Virus record (IMG/VR): IMGVR_UViG_3300042453_002354
Span: 92,878 to 156,877 of that record
DNA from: a virus
Length of the DNA stretch: 64,000 bases
Reading direction: 5' to 3' (one strand)
Below, piece after piece: positions 47,287 through 55,286 of the stretch. Position 1 is the first letter of the stretch. The number at the start of each line of letters is the position of its first letter. The position numbers and the translations under genes are program-made. The notes beneath the pieces are model-generated. The model was not told the DNA's origin and ran no database searches. It worked only from the letters and a program-made list of their open reading frames with translations.

Positions 47287-47490
47287 TTAGTAAAGATACT
47301 CGATCAATTTTTCATAAACAAAATCACGATGTTGCGAATTAAGCTGATCCAGCTCATCTTCAGTCAGGGCGACACCATTTTTCCAAAATGCACCAGAAAT
47401 ATAAGCATCACAATAGTCTGGACAATCGGAATGATCAACGCCATCGAATGTTATATCATCAATTTTCAATATATTAAACATAGTACTCAC
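47287..47490 (-). CDS. Conserved small phage protein
   Basis: DGVD..D.PDYCDAYI..A....G..LT.DELD.LN. Confidence 0.6.
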   Translation of the reverse strand: MSTMFNILKIDDITFDGVDHSDCPDYCDAYISGAFWKNGVALTEDELDQLNSQHRDFVYEKLIEYLY

Positions 47491-47500
47491 TTTTTTATCT

Positions 47501-47713
47501 TTAATCCTGAAAAGCTACAGCCCAAGTCCGTGCAGAATCTCTAATCGCTTCACCGTTTGGATCATCTATGTAACAATCGTTTCCATCAGGGCCCCATACG
47601 TGAGACTCTGCGGCCTCTAGTGTAGAGTAAACACCTGCCACTGTTACAACTCCGGTAGAATCGGATAACACCACGAAAACTCTTTTCACATCATTCTTTG
47701 TATTCATAATCAT
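47501..47713 (-). CDS. Hypothetical protein
   Basis: Behind repeat copy 4; GVYST.EAA motif. Confidence 0.55.
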   Translation of the reverse strand: MIMNTKNDVKRVFVVLSDSTGVVTVAGVYSTLEAAESHVWGPDGNDCYIDDPNGEAIRDSARTWAVAFQD

Positions 47714-47723
47714 TCTCTTTACT

Positions 47724-47772
47724 TGATCACTATCTCTATTATTAGTATCTCAAATTTGGCCTCCTATGTCAA
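47724..47772 (-). promoter_or_regulatory. Repeated early promoter/leader element, copy 4
   Basis: TTGACA-N17-GATACT plus leader; preceded by inverted repeat ttggcgaaaata/tattttcgccaa (~47779-47809). Confidence 0.85.
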
Positions 47773-47827
47773 TACTTTTTGGCGAAAATAATGAAAATAT
47801 TTTCGCCAATTAAATCAATCACTTAGA

Positions 47828-48172
47828 TTAATCTGCTAGTGAATCGGGAAATTCATCCTCATACCCTAAAAGTACGTAATCTCCATGTTCCCATAGTGCG
47901 ATGAAATCAAAGGGCATTAGTGCATTATTAATAAGGCCGTCTAGTTCTTCAATCATTTCATCAAATAGTATTAGATCATCTTCATCATATTCATCAAGTT
48001 CCTGTAATAGTGAAACCGTAGGAATGAATAACTCTTCAGCAAGTTCAACCATTTTCAATATAGTTTGCTTTGGTGTTCGTGGTATAGCACCATCAATCCA
48101 ACAACCTTGAAGATTAATCAATTTTTGTGATATTTCACGGGCCGCCGGTGTTTCAAACGATTCTATTGCCAT
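47828..48172 (-). CDS. Hypothetical acidic protein (paralogue of 54808-55146)
   Basis: AGGAG RBS before MAIESF; G.WID and MIE..D.LIN...P...IALW..G.Y. Confidence 0.6.
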   Translation of the reverse strand: MAIESFETPAAREISQKLINLQGCWIDGAIPRTPKQTILKMVELAEELFIPTVSLLQELDEYDEDDLILFDEMIEELDGLINNALMPFDFIALWEHGDYVLLGYEDEFPDSLAD

Positions 48173-48182
48173 ATAGTCTCCT

Positions 48183-48728
48183 TTATATGTTAAACCACTC
48201 TGGTTTATGTTCAGGTATTCTCCATGTCGCAAATCTTGCTTTATCGTGTATATAATAGGTACGATATGCATCAACGGCACTCGTAGGGCTTTTGTATGCA
48301 TCAGGCATTGCTTGAGCAAATGTCGTTAAACCTTTACTCTGTAAGGCCGCCGGCGGTTCTCTTAATATGTTCATCAGTTCATCATTTCTTTCGCAAGCGT
48401 GAATTTTACCATATCTCCGTGTATACTCTTTGCACATTTCTACAAAATGACGAAACAACCATTCATAATTTTCGGTTGTTTCTCTTGTCCATATTGTACA
48501 AGGATGGTTTATATGCGTGATCTTGTATAGTATGGATTCTTTGTATGGTGAATGGTGTTTGTATCGCTTCTTCTTGCTACCTTTTGCTGGTGGCAGTTCT
48601 TCACCATCAATTATATGGTGTGTGGTGGACAACAATTGGGCCGATTCCAGAATCATCTTAACCACATGCTTATCACACAATGATCGTGCGGCCAGTTCCG
48701 GATTCTCATCAATCACGAATATATTCAT
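48183..48728 (-). CDS. Pyrimidine-dimer DNA glycosylase / endonuclease V-like family protein
   Basis: MNIF..D.NP..AA...CDKHVVKMILESAQLLST; LYK.TH.NHPCT.W; EYT.RYGK.H; QAMPD.YK; AYR.YY. Confidence 0.75.
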   Translation of the reverse strand: MNIFVIDENPELAARSLCDKHVVKMILESAQLLSTTHHIIDGEELPPAKGSKKKRYKHHSPYKESILYKITHINHPCTIWTRETTENYEWLFRHFVEMCKEYTRRYGKIHACERNDELMNILREPPAALQSKGLTTFAQAMPDAYKSPTSAVDAYRTYYIHDKARFATWRIPEHKPEWFNI

Positions 48729-48744
48729 AGAATCACATAATAAA

Positions 48745-48819
48745 TGGCTGGCGAGGTTGGGATCGAACCAACGACGAGCTGATTAACAGTCAGCCATTCT
48801 ACCACTGAATTACTCGCCA
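48745..48819 (-). tRNA. tRNA-Asn(GUU)
   Basis: TGGCGAG/CTCGCCA acceptor stem, G discriminator, CCA; anticodon arm GCTGA-CT-GTT-AA-TCAGC; GGTTCGATCC T-arm. Confidence 0.93.
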
Positions 48820-48829
48820 ATACTCCTTT

Positions 48830-48858
48830 ATATTAACATACAGAAAGATCTTGGTCAA
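48830..48858 (-). promoter_or_regulatory. sigma70-type promoter for tRNA-Asn (TTGACC-N17-TAATAT)
   Basis: -10 ends ~10 nt upstream of tRNA 5' end. Confidence 0.55.
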
Positions 48859-48861
48859 TAC

Positions 48862-49095
48862 TTAAAACACATTCTTAAACAGTCCATGCGCCTTTTCTTG
48901 GTGTTCTATTCTAGAGAATTGTAACAGTTCAAAGTTAGTAAGATTACCATAACCATGATGGAATATGCTATCAAGTGCATCAGGATTCTTAGCTAGGGCC
49001 TTAATCAAGGCCTTGTATGCGGTCATCGAATTACGAAAACTTTTAGGAAAACTATTTTTGAATCGTAGGGTCACTCTTGTTGATTTAGTTGCCAT
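48862..49095 (-). CDS. Hypothetical protein
   Basis: Behind repeat copy 5. Confidence 0.55.
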   Translation of the reverse strand: MATKSTRVTLRFKNSFPKSFRNSMTAYKALIKALAKNPDALDSIFHHGYGNLTNFELLQFSRIEHQEKAHGLFKNVF

Positions 49096-49111
49096 AATCA
49101 TTTCCTTTACT

Positions 49112-49160
49112 TGATCACTATCTCTATTATTAGTATCTCAAATTTGGCCTTCTGTGTCAA
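49112..49160 (-). promoter_or_regulatory. Repeated early promoter/leader element, copy 5
   Basis: TTGACA-N17-GATACT plus leader. Confidence 0.85.
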
Positions 49161-49172
49161 CACTTTTTGTAA

Positions 49173-49442
49173 TTATTGTAAAAATGATTGAACAATCTTT
49201 ACAAGGCCAACGGAATAGTTAGCATCATCAGAAAATTCATCGGCGTATTCTTCAGCGGCATCAAGGTCACTGAATTGTATTATATTGTCTTCACGCACAC
49301 ACCATATTTTATCATTCACTATGGCCACTTTGTATAAATGCTTGCTCAATTCAGAGGCCACAATTGAAAAATCTTTTGCTTCCGTTAAATTAAAGAATTC
49401 GATGATGTTTGATTCTCTTACGCACCACACTTCTGTTTTCAT
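49173..49442 (-). CDS. Hypothetical protein with internal tandem duplication
   Basis: WCVRESNIIEF..L.EA..F / WCVREDNIIQF..L.AA..Y; GGAGG RBS. Confidence 0.6.
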   Translation of the reverse strand: MKTEVWCVRESNIIEFFNLTEAKDFSIVASELSKHLYKVAIVNDKIWCVREDNIIQFSDLDAAEEYADEFSDDANYSVGLVKIVQSFLQ

Positions 49443-49457
49443 ATCGCCTCCGTATTA

Positions 49458-49504
49458 ATCACTCTCTATAATATTATAATGACACAATTGGCCCGCTATC
49501 GCAA
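49458..49504 (-). promoter_or_regulatory. Degenerate copy of the repeated element (TTGCGA-N17-CATTAT)
   Basis: Retains GGCCAATT spacer core and AGAGAGTGAT leader. Confidence 0.45.
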
Positions 49505-49600
49505 GCATTTTTATTGTGGTAGGCCATAATAAAAGTACTTGACAATCAAAATTTTTTATGTACGAAGGCCTTGCGGAAAAATTTCTTGACAGCTTAGTGT

Positions 49601-49695
49601 ATGGCCACCACATCCACCACAACAATACAATGGCCACCACAACCACCACAATACAATGGCCACCACAACCACCACAACAATACAGCGGCCACCAC
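49601..49695. repeat. Tandem repeat of 26-29 bp unit ATGGCCACCACAACCACCACAA(CAA)TACA; 7 CCACCAC cores
   Basis: CCACCAC at 49605, 49614, 49634, 49643, 49660, 49669, 49689. Confidence 0.85.
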
Positions 49696-49706
49696 TATAC
49701 TATTCT

Positions 49707-50069
49707 CTATTCACCTCTACTATAAATCTCCCATACATCGGACAGTGATACATGGAGATTATTTCTAATACCCTTTGGTATAGGTTCCCAGTATTGCTCA
49801 TCATCAGGGAATACACATACAAAACTTTTTACTATCTCGCTCATCAATTCGGCATCTTGTTTGCGATCATTTGTCTTTAACTGATTGAAGAAGAATTGTA
49901 CTAATCTGTCTATTAGATTGGCCGATGGAATTACATCAGGATGGTTTACTAGTCTTGATAATGCGTTCTTGTCACATCCACTCTTTTCTGATATTTCCTT
50001 TAGTGTAATTTTTCGCTTTTCTTTTTGTTCTAGTCTCTGTGTCATTTTTGCAAGATCAAAACGTATCAT
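49707..50069 (-). CDS. XRE/Cro-like HTH transcriptional regulator
   Basis: MIRF.L......E.KE.R.ITLKEISEKSGCDKNALSRL; AGGAG RBS; paralogue at 54418. Confidence 0.75.
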   Translation of the reverse strand: MIRFDLAKMTQRLEQKEKRKITLKEISEKSGCDKNALSRLVNHPDVIPSANLIDRLVQFFFNQLKTNDRKQDAELMSEIVKSFVCVFPDDEQYWEPIPKGIRNNLHVSLSDVWEIYSRGE

Positions 50070-50298
50070 GGCAATCTCTCCTATCAATGTTTCATAATGT
50101 AATCAAAACCGAACCTATCGATTCGTTTCCTTGAATGGGTATGGCCGTCACGCAATCCATTTTTGAAAACTACCTTCCGACTGGCGGAATCTTATTTTCC
50201 ATTTTACGATACTTGAATATGACGACCACCCAAGTATCAACCAATCTCTTAACAAGGCTCACTAGATCCGGTTTTCATCACACTATGATTTTTGTTTA

Positions 50299-50496
50299 CT
50301 ACTCGTCAATCTCTTCCCAAACAATGCGCTTGGCTAGCTTCCATCTTATTTTATTAAGTTCATTCAGTATTACATCTTGATTACTTTGTGATTTCAATTC
50401 AAGCTCAATTTTCTCAACCATTTCTAGAACCTCATCTCGGTCTACGATGGCCAATGCTCTCATTTCTGAATTGTTTCTCAAATCAACCATTTTCAT
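50299..50496 (-). CDS. Hypothetical protein
   Basis: Behind repeat copy 6; GAGGT RBS. Confidence 0.55.
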   Translation of the reverse strand: MKMVDLRNNSEMRALAIVDRDEVLEMVEKIELELKSQSNQDVILNELNKIRWKLAKRIVWEEIDE

Positions 50497-50513
50497 TTGA
50501 CCTCACCATTTTT

Positions 50514-50560
50514 ATCATTCTCTCTATTATTAGTATCTCAAATTTGGCCTTCTGTGTCAA
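50514..50560 (-). promoter_or_regulatory. Repeated early promoter/leader element, copy 6
   Basis: TTGACA-N17-GATACT-aataatagagagaatgat. Confidence 0.8.
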
Positions 50561-50838
50561 TCGTTTTTTGTCTTTCTATTATTCTTTATAGTCTGTACAA
50601 TCTCATTATAATCTGAACAATCTTCACCACATCCAGCACAAAACAGATTGTCCGGATCAATATCTGCACCACTTATCAGAAACAGTCTATTTCCAAAATC
50701 GGCCATTACTGTGGCACAACTCTCGCAATACGCATCTCCTATCATTTCATCACACAATATGATAGAATATGGAAACTGTTTGTGTTTCACGATGGTTTTA
50801 TATTCTGCTTTGTTTGTAATGAAGTGGCGCATCGTCAT
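50557..50838 (-). CDS. Small protein with two CxxC motifs (putative zinc finger)
   Basis: CESC ... CAGC; behind repeat copy 7. Confidence 0.6.
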   Translation of the reverse strand: MTMRHFITNKAEYKTIVKHKQFPYSIILCDEMIGDAYCESCATVMADFGNRLFLISGADIDPDNLFCAGCGEDCSDYNEIVQTIKNNRKTKND

Positions 50839-50848
50839 TCTCCTTTGT

Positions 50849-50897
50849 TGATCACTATCTCTACTATTAGTATCTCAAATTGGCCACACTCGATCAA
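50849..50897 (-). promoter_or_regulatory. Repeated early promoter/leader element, copy 7
   Basis: TTGATC-N17-GATACT-aatagtagagatagtgatca. Confidence 0.8.
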
Positions 50898-50905
50898 GTA
50901 TTTTA

Positions 50906-51118
50906 TTAAGATGATCCATATTTTTTGTTGATCGGCGCTCCACTATGCTCATAATGTTTCAATTCATTCAATAACTCTGTTACAGCATTAGTTACTTTAA
51001 AACAGGCAATTCTTAATCTATCTTTTTGGTAGCATTCACCAAAACGCTCTATTTCTTTTCTTATTGTAGATTGAGTTTGTTGTAGAGATTCTAATAATTC
51101 TTTTTGGAATTCGCTCAT
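50906..51118 (-). CDS. Hypothetical protein
   Basis: AAGGAG RBS before MSEFQK. Confidence 0.5.
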   Translation of the reverse strand: MSEFQKELLESLQQTQSTIRKEIERFGECYQKDRLRIACFKVTNAVTELLNELKHYEHSGAPINKKYGSS

Positions 51119-51119
51119 T

Positions 51120-51314
51120 TTATTCTCCTTCATTCAATTTTTGTGCCGTTATTGTCCAAGATATGGTTGAGATAACATCACCTATTTTCAGCTTAGTTTC
51201 TAGATCATCCACTTTACCCATAATGTCCACTAGATCGATGAATGAATATTCTAGTTGCTTTGATATGCTTTTTTCTGAGAAGTCCTGCCACCATTCTCTA
51301 TCAAATTTTTCCAT
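51120..51314 (-). CDS. Hypothetical protein
   Basis: Behind repeat copy 8. Confidence 0.55.
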   Translation of the reverse strand: MEKFDREWWQDFSEKSISKQLEYSFIDLVDIMGKVDDLETKLKIGDVISTISWTITAQKLNEGE

Positions 51315-51330
51315 TTCGTTTCTCCTATTG

Positions 51331-51379
51331 TTATCTCTTCCTCTATTATTAGTATCTCAAAACTGGCGTTCTGTGTCAA
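51331..51379 (-). promoter_or_regulatory. Repeated early promoter/leader element, copy 8
   Basis: TTGACA-N17-GATACT-aataatagaggaagagataa; leader identical to copy 9 through the ATG. Confidence 0.8.
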
Positions 51380-51397
51380 TGCTTTTTATGGACTATT

Positions 51398-51592
51398 TTA
51401 ATTCTCTAGTGTGAAAATATAGGTTTCTCCGTCATCATTGATCACTACTTCATCACCACTAAGAATTTTACTTAGTTCTTTTTCTGATATCTCCCACATG
51501 TCATATCGTTCTGAAAACAGGTCTACCGAAACATGATCAAAATTTAATCCGTCAATTTTCGATTCCATTCTTATCACTACTTGACTGGCCAT
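51398..51592 (-). CDS. Hypothetical acidic protein
   Basis: Behind repeat copy 9. Confidence 0.55.
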   Translation of the reverse strand: MASQVVIRMESKIDGLNFDHVSVDLFSERYDMWEISEKELSKILSGDEVVINDDGETYIFTLEN

Positions 51593-51608
51593 TTCGTTTC
51601 TCCTATTG

Positions 51609-51657
51609 TTATCTCTTCCTCTATTATTAGTATCTCAAATTTGGCCATCCATTGCAA
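51609..51657 (-). promoter_or_regulatory. Repeated early promoter/leader element, copy 9
   Basis: TTGCAA-N17-GATACT plus leader. Confidence 0.8.
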
Positions 51658-51742
51658 CCATTTTTTGGCTTTTTTTATTTTTTGTTGGTGTAGTGATATG
51701 AGGAATTTTGATTCAAAACGTCATTTTTGACGCTATTTTGAA

Positions 51743-51798
51743 CTAAGTGGTTGATTTTACTAGAATCGACCACTTAGCTAAGTTATTGATTTTACTAG
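51743..51798. repeat. Inverted plus direct repeat of CTAAGT(G/T)(G/A)TTGATTTTACTAG
   Basis: ctaagtggttgatt-ttactag-aatcgaccacttag immediately followed by ctaagttattgattttactag. Confidence 0.7.
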
Positions 51799-51800
51799 TG

Positions 51801-52208
51801 TTAGGAATTTAGTAGGGGTCTTGTTACAGTCTCGTAAACATCAGTTACGAACCACTTTCCAGTAAGATCCATCAGGTAAACATACTCTTGACCCGATCCT
51901 ACCGCATCATGCAAGAACGATTCGAGAGTAGATACCTTGGCCTCGGTCTCGGTGTCGCTTCTATCTCTTCCGTATGCTATGCACACACCATCTTGCGGTA
52001 CTGAAAAGTTATGCTGACCTGTGGGATGCATTTCATCAGCAAGTACGGAAAGATCGCCCAGCTCCATCAATTCGAGTACTCGTTCTCTTGTATTGTATGA
52101 TCTTAATAGCGTATCGCCCACACCTTCCGGATAACCGTCCCAGTGACAGTAAATATGCTTTATGCTTTGATCGTTCAATTGAATTGCTATAGTTGATCTA
52201 GTTGACAT
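51801..52208 (-). CDS. Conserved phage hypothetical protein
   Basis: MSTRS.I...IYCHWDGYPEGVG..L; C.AYGRDR; EY.YL....W. Confidence 0.75.
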   Translation of the reverse strand: MSTRSTIAIQLNDQSIKHIYCHWDGYPEGVGDTLLRSYNTRERVLELMELGDLSVLADEMHPTGQHNFSVPQDGVCIAYGRDRSDTETEAKVSTLESFLHDAVGSGQEYVYLMDLTGKWFVTDVYETVTRPLLNS

Positions 52209-52210
52209 GA

Positions 52211-52456
52211 TTACTCCTTAATTGTTTCAAGTATGGTTACAATTTTTTGTGCGGCATTTTGTGCATCGGATACTTGATCCACAACGTTATTCACTGCCCA
52301 ATTAAGTCGACTGTATATGTTACAATTCGGAAGACACGGCACAAATTTCCAATCTCTGATATCATTATCAGTGAAAAATTGGAGAATGTCTTCAAGCTCC
52401 TGTACAATCGTTTGGACTGCCTCTATTGCTTCTTGTTTATTATTCACTTTTGTCAT
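52211..52456 (-). CDS. Hypothetical protein
   Basis: AAGGAG RBS. Confidence 0.55.
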   Translation of the reverse strand: MTKVNNKQEAIEAVQTIVQELEDILQFFTDNDIRDWKFVPCLPNCNIYSRLNWAVNNVVDQVSDAQNAAQKIVTILETIKE

Positions 52457-52481
52457 TTCATTCTCCTTATTTCATAAGTTA

Positions 52482-52826
52482 TCAATCATCAGCACCATCA
52501 TAGTATGCGGGTAATCCTAATGCTTGAATTTTTTCTGCAATTGCTTTGGCCTGTGCTAGTGCCCTACCATCAGAGTTATCATATCCTACGTAAATTGCTC
52601 TATCTCCGGCTCCGTATGCTTTTCCTATGTATCTTAATCCTGCCCTTTCGGCACCTTGCTTATATGCATTCAATACCTTTGCTGGTACTTTGGTTAAACA
52701 CACATAAGCTCTACCGCAACCAAAACCACGGCCACTTGATCTTACCTGTAATCCTTCTAGAATTGCTTTGGTGATACTTTCTGATAACTGTTTCACTTGT
52801 GATTTATCGAGATTGTCTAGGTTCAT
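52482..52826 (-). CDS. Hypothetical protein
   Basis: GCGRAYV motif; behind repeat copy 10. Confidence 0.6.
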   Translation of the reverse strand: MNLDNLDKSQVKQLSESITKAILEGLQVRSSGRGFGCGRAYVCLTKVPAKVLNAYKQGAERAGLRYIGKAYGAGDRAIYVGYDNSDGRALAQAKAIAEKIQALGLPAYYDGADD

Positions 52827-52841
52827 ATCGTCTCCATTATT

Positions 52842-52890
52842 TGATTACTATCTCTATTATTAGTATCTCAAATTTGGCCTTCCGTGTCAA
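52842..52890 (-). promoter_or_regulatory. Repeated early promoter/leader element, copy 10
   Basis: TTGACA-N17-GATACT plus leader. Confidence 0.85.
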
Positions 52891-52911
52891 TACCTTTTTG
52901 GCTTTTTTTTA

Positions 52912-53187
52912 TTAAAATAATGTCATTTCAATTTTTTCATCATCGAATGTTTTCAACCACTTATCTATGGAATCGATATAATGCGCTCTAAAATTCAATA
53001 ATTCACCGACCACTATTTGATTTTCAAATAATTGTATGATCTTAAATTGATCTTGTCTTTTGTCATCGCCCCAGTATACACACTCGGCGATCAAAACGTG
53101 TTTTCCGTCATTGCTTTTCCACTTGTACGTATCGAGAACGGATTTACATTTACCATAGATCAAATCAGAAAATAGTTTCATAATCAT
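52912..53187 (-). CDS. Hypothetical protein
   Basis: AAGGAG RBS. Confidence 0.5.
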   Translation of the reverse strand: MIMKLFSDLIYGKCKSVLDTYKWKSNDGKHVLIAECVYWGDDKRQDQFKIIQLFENQIVVGELLNFRAHYIDSIDKWLKTFDDEKIEMTLF

Positions 53188-53414
53188 TCTCCTTTAATAT
53201 CTTTAGGAATGGTGATACCGCCAGCTTGCTTCAATTGTAACACCGATTTACACAAATTTTCATACGCTACCCACATCGTGTCTAATACTGCATGATTAGT
53301 AGGACTAGTTTCGTATAGTCTATGAATATTAAACAAAACCGTTTCTTGTAATTCCTCTAGTGTGTTTATCATATCTCTCTCACTAGAATATGGTATTAAA
53401 AGGTCTTCATACAT
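53184..53414 (-). CDS. Hypothetical protein
   Basis: ORF in operon. Confidence 0.5.
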   Translation of the reverse strand: MYEDLLIPYSSERDMINTLEELQETVLFNIHRLYETSPTNHAVLDTMWVAYENLCKSVLQLKQAGGITIPKDIKGE

Positions 53415-53424
53415 AGTGAATCCA

Positions 53425-53637
53425 TTATTTCACGTTTGAATAACCAAAACTCTTGTTCACATTTTTTACTGTATAAAACAATCTTGCCAGCTTGATTCTT
53501 TCATCAAGGCCTTTTCGGTCTTCACTGTAATCATATTCATCTATAGCATTAAGAAAGTTTCTTTTGCTTATCTTTTTATCGAATTCTATTTGAAATCTTT
53601 CGCCTTTATGGTTTTCACACTGTAAGAATCTTTTCAT
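53425..53637 (-). CDS. Hypothetical protein
   Basis: Behind repeat copy 11. Confidence 0.55.
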   Translation of the reverse strand: MKRFLQCENHKGERFQIEFDKKISKRNFLNAIDEYDYSEDRKGLDERIKLARLFYTVKNVNKSFGYSNVK

Positions 53638-53652
53638 ATCGTCTCCATTATT

Positions 53653-53701
53653 TGATCACTATCTCTATTATTAGTATCTCAAATTTGGCCTCCCATGTCA
53701 A
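53653..53701 (-). promoter_or_regulatory. Repeated early promoter/leader element, copy 11
   Basis: TTGACA-N17-GATACT plus leader. Confidence 0.85.
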
Positions 53702-53733
53702 TACTTTTTTGGTTTTTTTATTCGCCAATCATA

Positions 53734-54030
53734 TCAATCACTTAACCATTCAGACTGATAGCGATCAAAATCTTTTCTAAAGGTTGTTAGTGCATCATCT
53801 ACGGTTGCATAGTAGTATCGAGTTATATGCTCATTATCCAATCTCAAGCACAATCCAAGCCAGAGCCTTACAGAAATTCCATCTTCCGTGTCTATGTTCA
53901 GTGTGTTCAAATCAACTTCCGTTATGTCATAGTTTCCTTTTTCATTCAATTCAATCAAATCATTCTCATCAACATAAAATTGCCGATTCGAGTATCTTGG
54001 TGTAGTCTTCTTTACATAAAAATATTTCAT
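53734..54030 (-). CDS. Hypothetical protein
   Basis: GGGAG RBS. Confidence 0.55.
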   Translation of the reverse strand: MKYFYVKKTTPRYSNRQFYVDENDLIELNEKGNYDITEVDLNTLNIDTEDGISVRLWLGLCLRLDNEHITRYYYATVDDALTTFRKDFDRYQSEWLSD

Positions 54031-54062
54031 GATGCTTCTCCCTTAATCACTACAACCACAAA

Positions 54063-54320
54063 TCAATCTTTAAATGTTTTCGGTATATGAGTTATCACTT
54101 TTTGCCCATTCTTCAGTATAGCATCGAATTGTTTCGCATATCGAAACAATGGTTTCCAGCTTTCAAGATCTTCATTGTTGCGAAATATTGTATGAAGTTT
54201 CTTATTACCTTCAATCTGAAAAATGTCACCGAATTCACCGAATGACTGTCTAGTGGTTTTTATATTGAATCCAAGTGCCTTTATCTCTTTTCTGAATTGT
54301 GCAAGCTCAATCGTGTTCAT
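54063..54320 (-). CDS. Hypothetical protein
   Basis: Behind repeat copy 12. Confidence 0.55.
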   Translation of the reverse strand: MNTIELAQFRKEIKALGFNIKTTRQSFGEFGDIFQIEGNKKLHTIFRNNEDLESWKPLFRYAKQFDAILKNGQKVITHIPKTFKD

Positions 54321-54336
54321 GATGATTTCCTTTATT

Positions 54337-54385
54337 TGATCACTATCTCTATTATTAGTATCTCAAAATTGGCCTTCCGTGTCAA
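54337..54385 (-). promoter_or_regulatory. Repeated early promoter/leader element, copy 12
   Basis: TTGACA-N17-GATACT plus leader. Confidence 0.85.
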
Positions 54386-54417
54386 TACCTTTTTGGCTTT
54401 TTTATTCGTCAATCATA

Positions 54418-54792
54418 TCAACTACTTGCTTGATTATTGTAAATGTCCCACACATCATCTAACGAAACACTAGGGTTATCTTGAATACCTTTAGGAATTT
54501 GTTTCCAATACTTTTGATCATCGGGAAATATTGATACAAAATTGTGGATGATTTCTTTGATCAATGCTTCATGCTTTGTTTGATCATCATCTTTTAGTTC
54601 GTTGAACAAGAATTGAACCATCTTATCGATCACTGTTGCTGAGGGTATGACATCCGGCGCACTTCTCATTCTGGAAAGCACATTTCTATCACAACCACTT
54701 CTTTCAGATAATTCTTTTAGTGTAAGACGGCGACCTTCTCTTTCTTCTAGCAATTTTAACACGTATCCAAGATTGAATCGTATCATAGTCAC
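54418..54792 (-). CDS. XRE/Cro-like HTH transcriptional regulator (paralogue of 49707-50069)
   Basis: LTLKELSERSGCDRNVLSRM..PDVIPSA..ID..VQF; FPDD..YW..IPKGI. Confidence 0.75.
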   Translation of the reverse strand: MTMIRFNLGYVLKLLEEREGRRLTLKELSERSGCDRNVLSRMRSAPDVIPSATVIDKMVQFLFNELKDDDQTKHEALIKEIIHNFVSIFPDDQKYWKQIPKGIQDNPSVSLDDVWDIYNNQASS

Positions 54793-54807
54793 ACCATAAC
54801 ATAAAAA

Positions 54808-55146
54808 TTATTGAATTACGTCACTTTGCTCAAACAAGCAATCCACAACATAATAGCCATCTTTCCATAATGCAACTAAACCGTTTGGTCTAATCTTTTC
54901 GTTTATAAGAAAATCAATATCTTCAATCATATCGTTGTAAAATTGTTTTCTGGAAGATCTTTTCAATTTTTTCTTGTTTCTTTCGAGAAAATTGTGTAAT
55001 GTCATTACAAAACCGTACACGTCAATTTCAAAGGAATGTGCCATATCAAGAAATTGAAGCAAAAGATCATAGGCGTTTAGCTTTTCGGTATTGTCAATCC
55101 AACGACCCTTAACGATCTTCACCTTTGTTGATGATGTTTCTTCCAT
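54808..55146 (-). CDS. Hypothetical protein (paralogue of 47828-48172)
   Basis: KGRWID; MIEDIDFLINEKIRPNGLVALWKDGYYVV; behind repeat copy 13. Confidence 0.6.
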   Translation of the reverse strand: MEETSSTKVKIVKGRWIDNTEKLNAYDLLLQFLDMAHSFEIDVYGFVMTLHNFLERNKKKLKRSSRKQFYNDMIEDIDFLINEKIRPNGLVALWKDGYYVVDCLFEQSDVIQ

Positions 55147-55180
55147 GTTCTACCCCCACATTTTCATGAATAATAGTGTT

Positions 55181-55222
55181 TATCTCTATTATTAGTATCT
55201 CAAAATTGGCCAACCATTGCAA
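55181..55222 (-). promoter_or_regulatory. Repeated early promoter/leader element, copy 13
   Basis: TTGCAA-N17-GATACT-aataatagagata. Confidence 0.8.
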
Positions 55223-55286
55223 CAAAAAATAAAAAATTATTCTTCAGTGTTATCGAGGGTTTAGTTCACAACATAGTGCTTGACAA

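Noticed and set aside
49455-49649. 64-aa ORF MVVVVAIVLLWWMWW...
   Set aside because: Arises from translating the CCACCAC tandem repeat and overlaps a promoter; no RBS.
49601-49695. GTGGTGG repeats as Chi sites
   Set aside because: Do not match GCTGGTGG or GNTGGTGG, and the host Chi sequence is unknown.
50090-50295. ~200-bp gap upstream of the HTH gene as a structured ncRNA or riboswitch
   Set aside because: Only short weak hairpins are visible and no family is recognised; an Infernal/Rfam search would be needed.
51743-51798. XerC/D dif site
   Set aside because: Lacks the TTATGTTAAAT XerD arm and the 11-6-11 layout.
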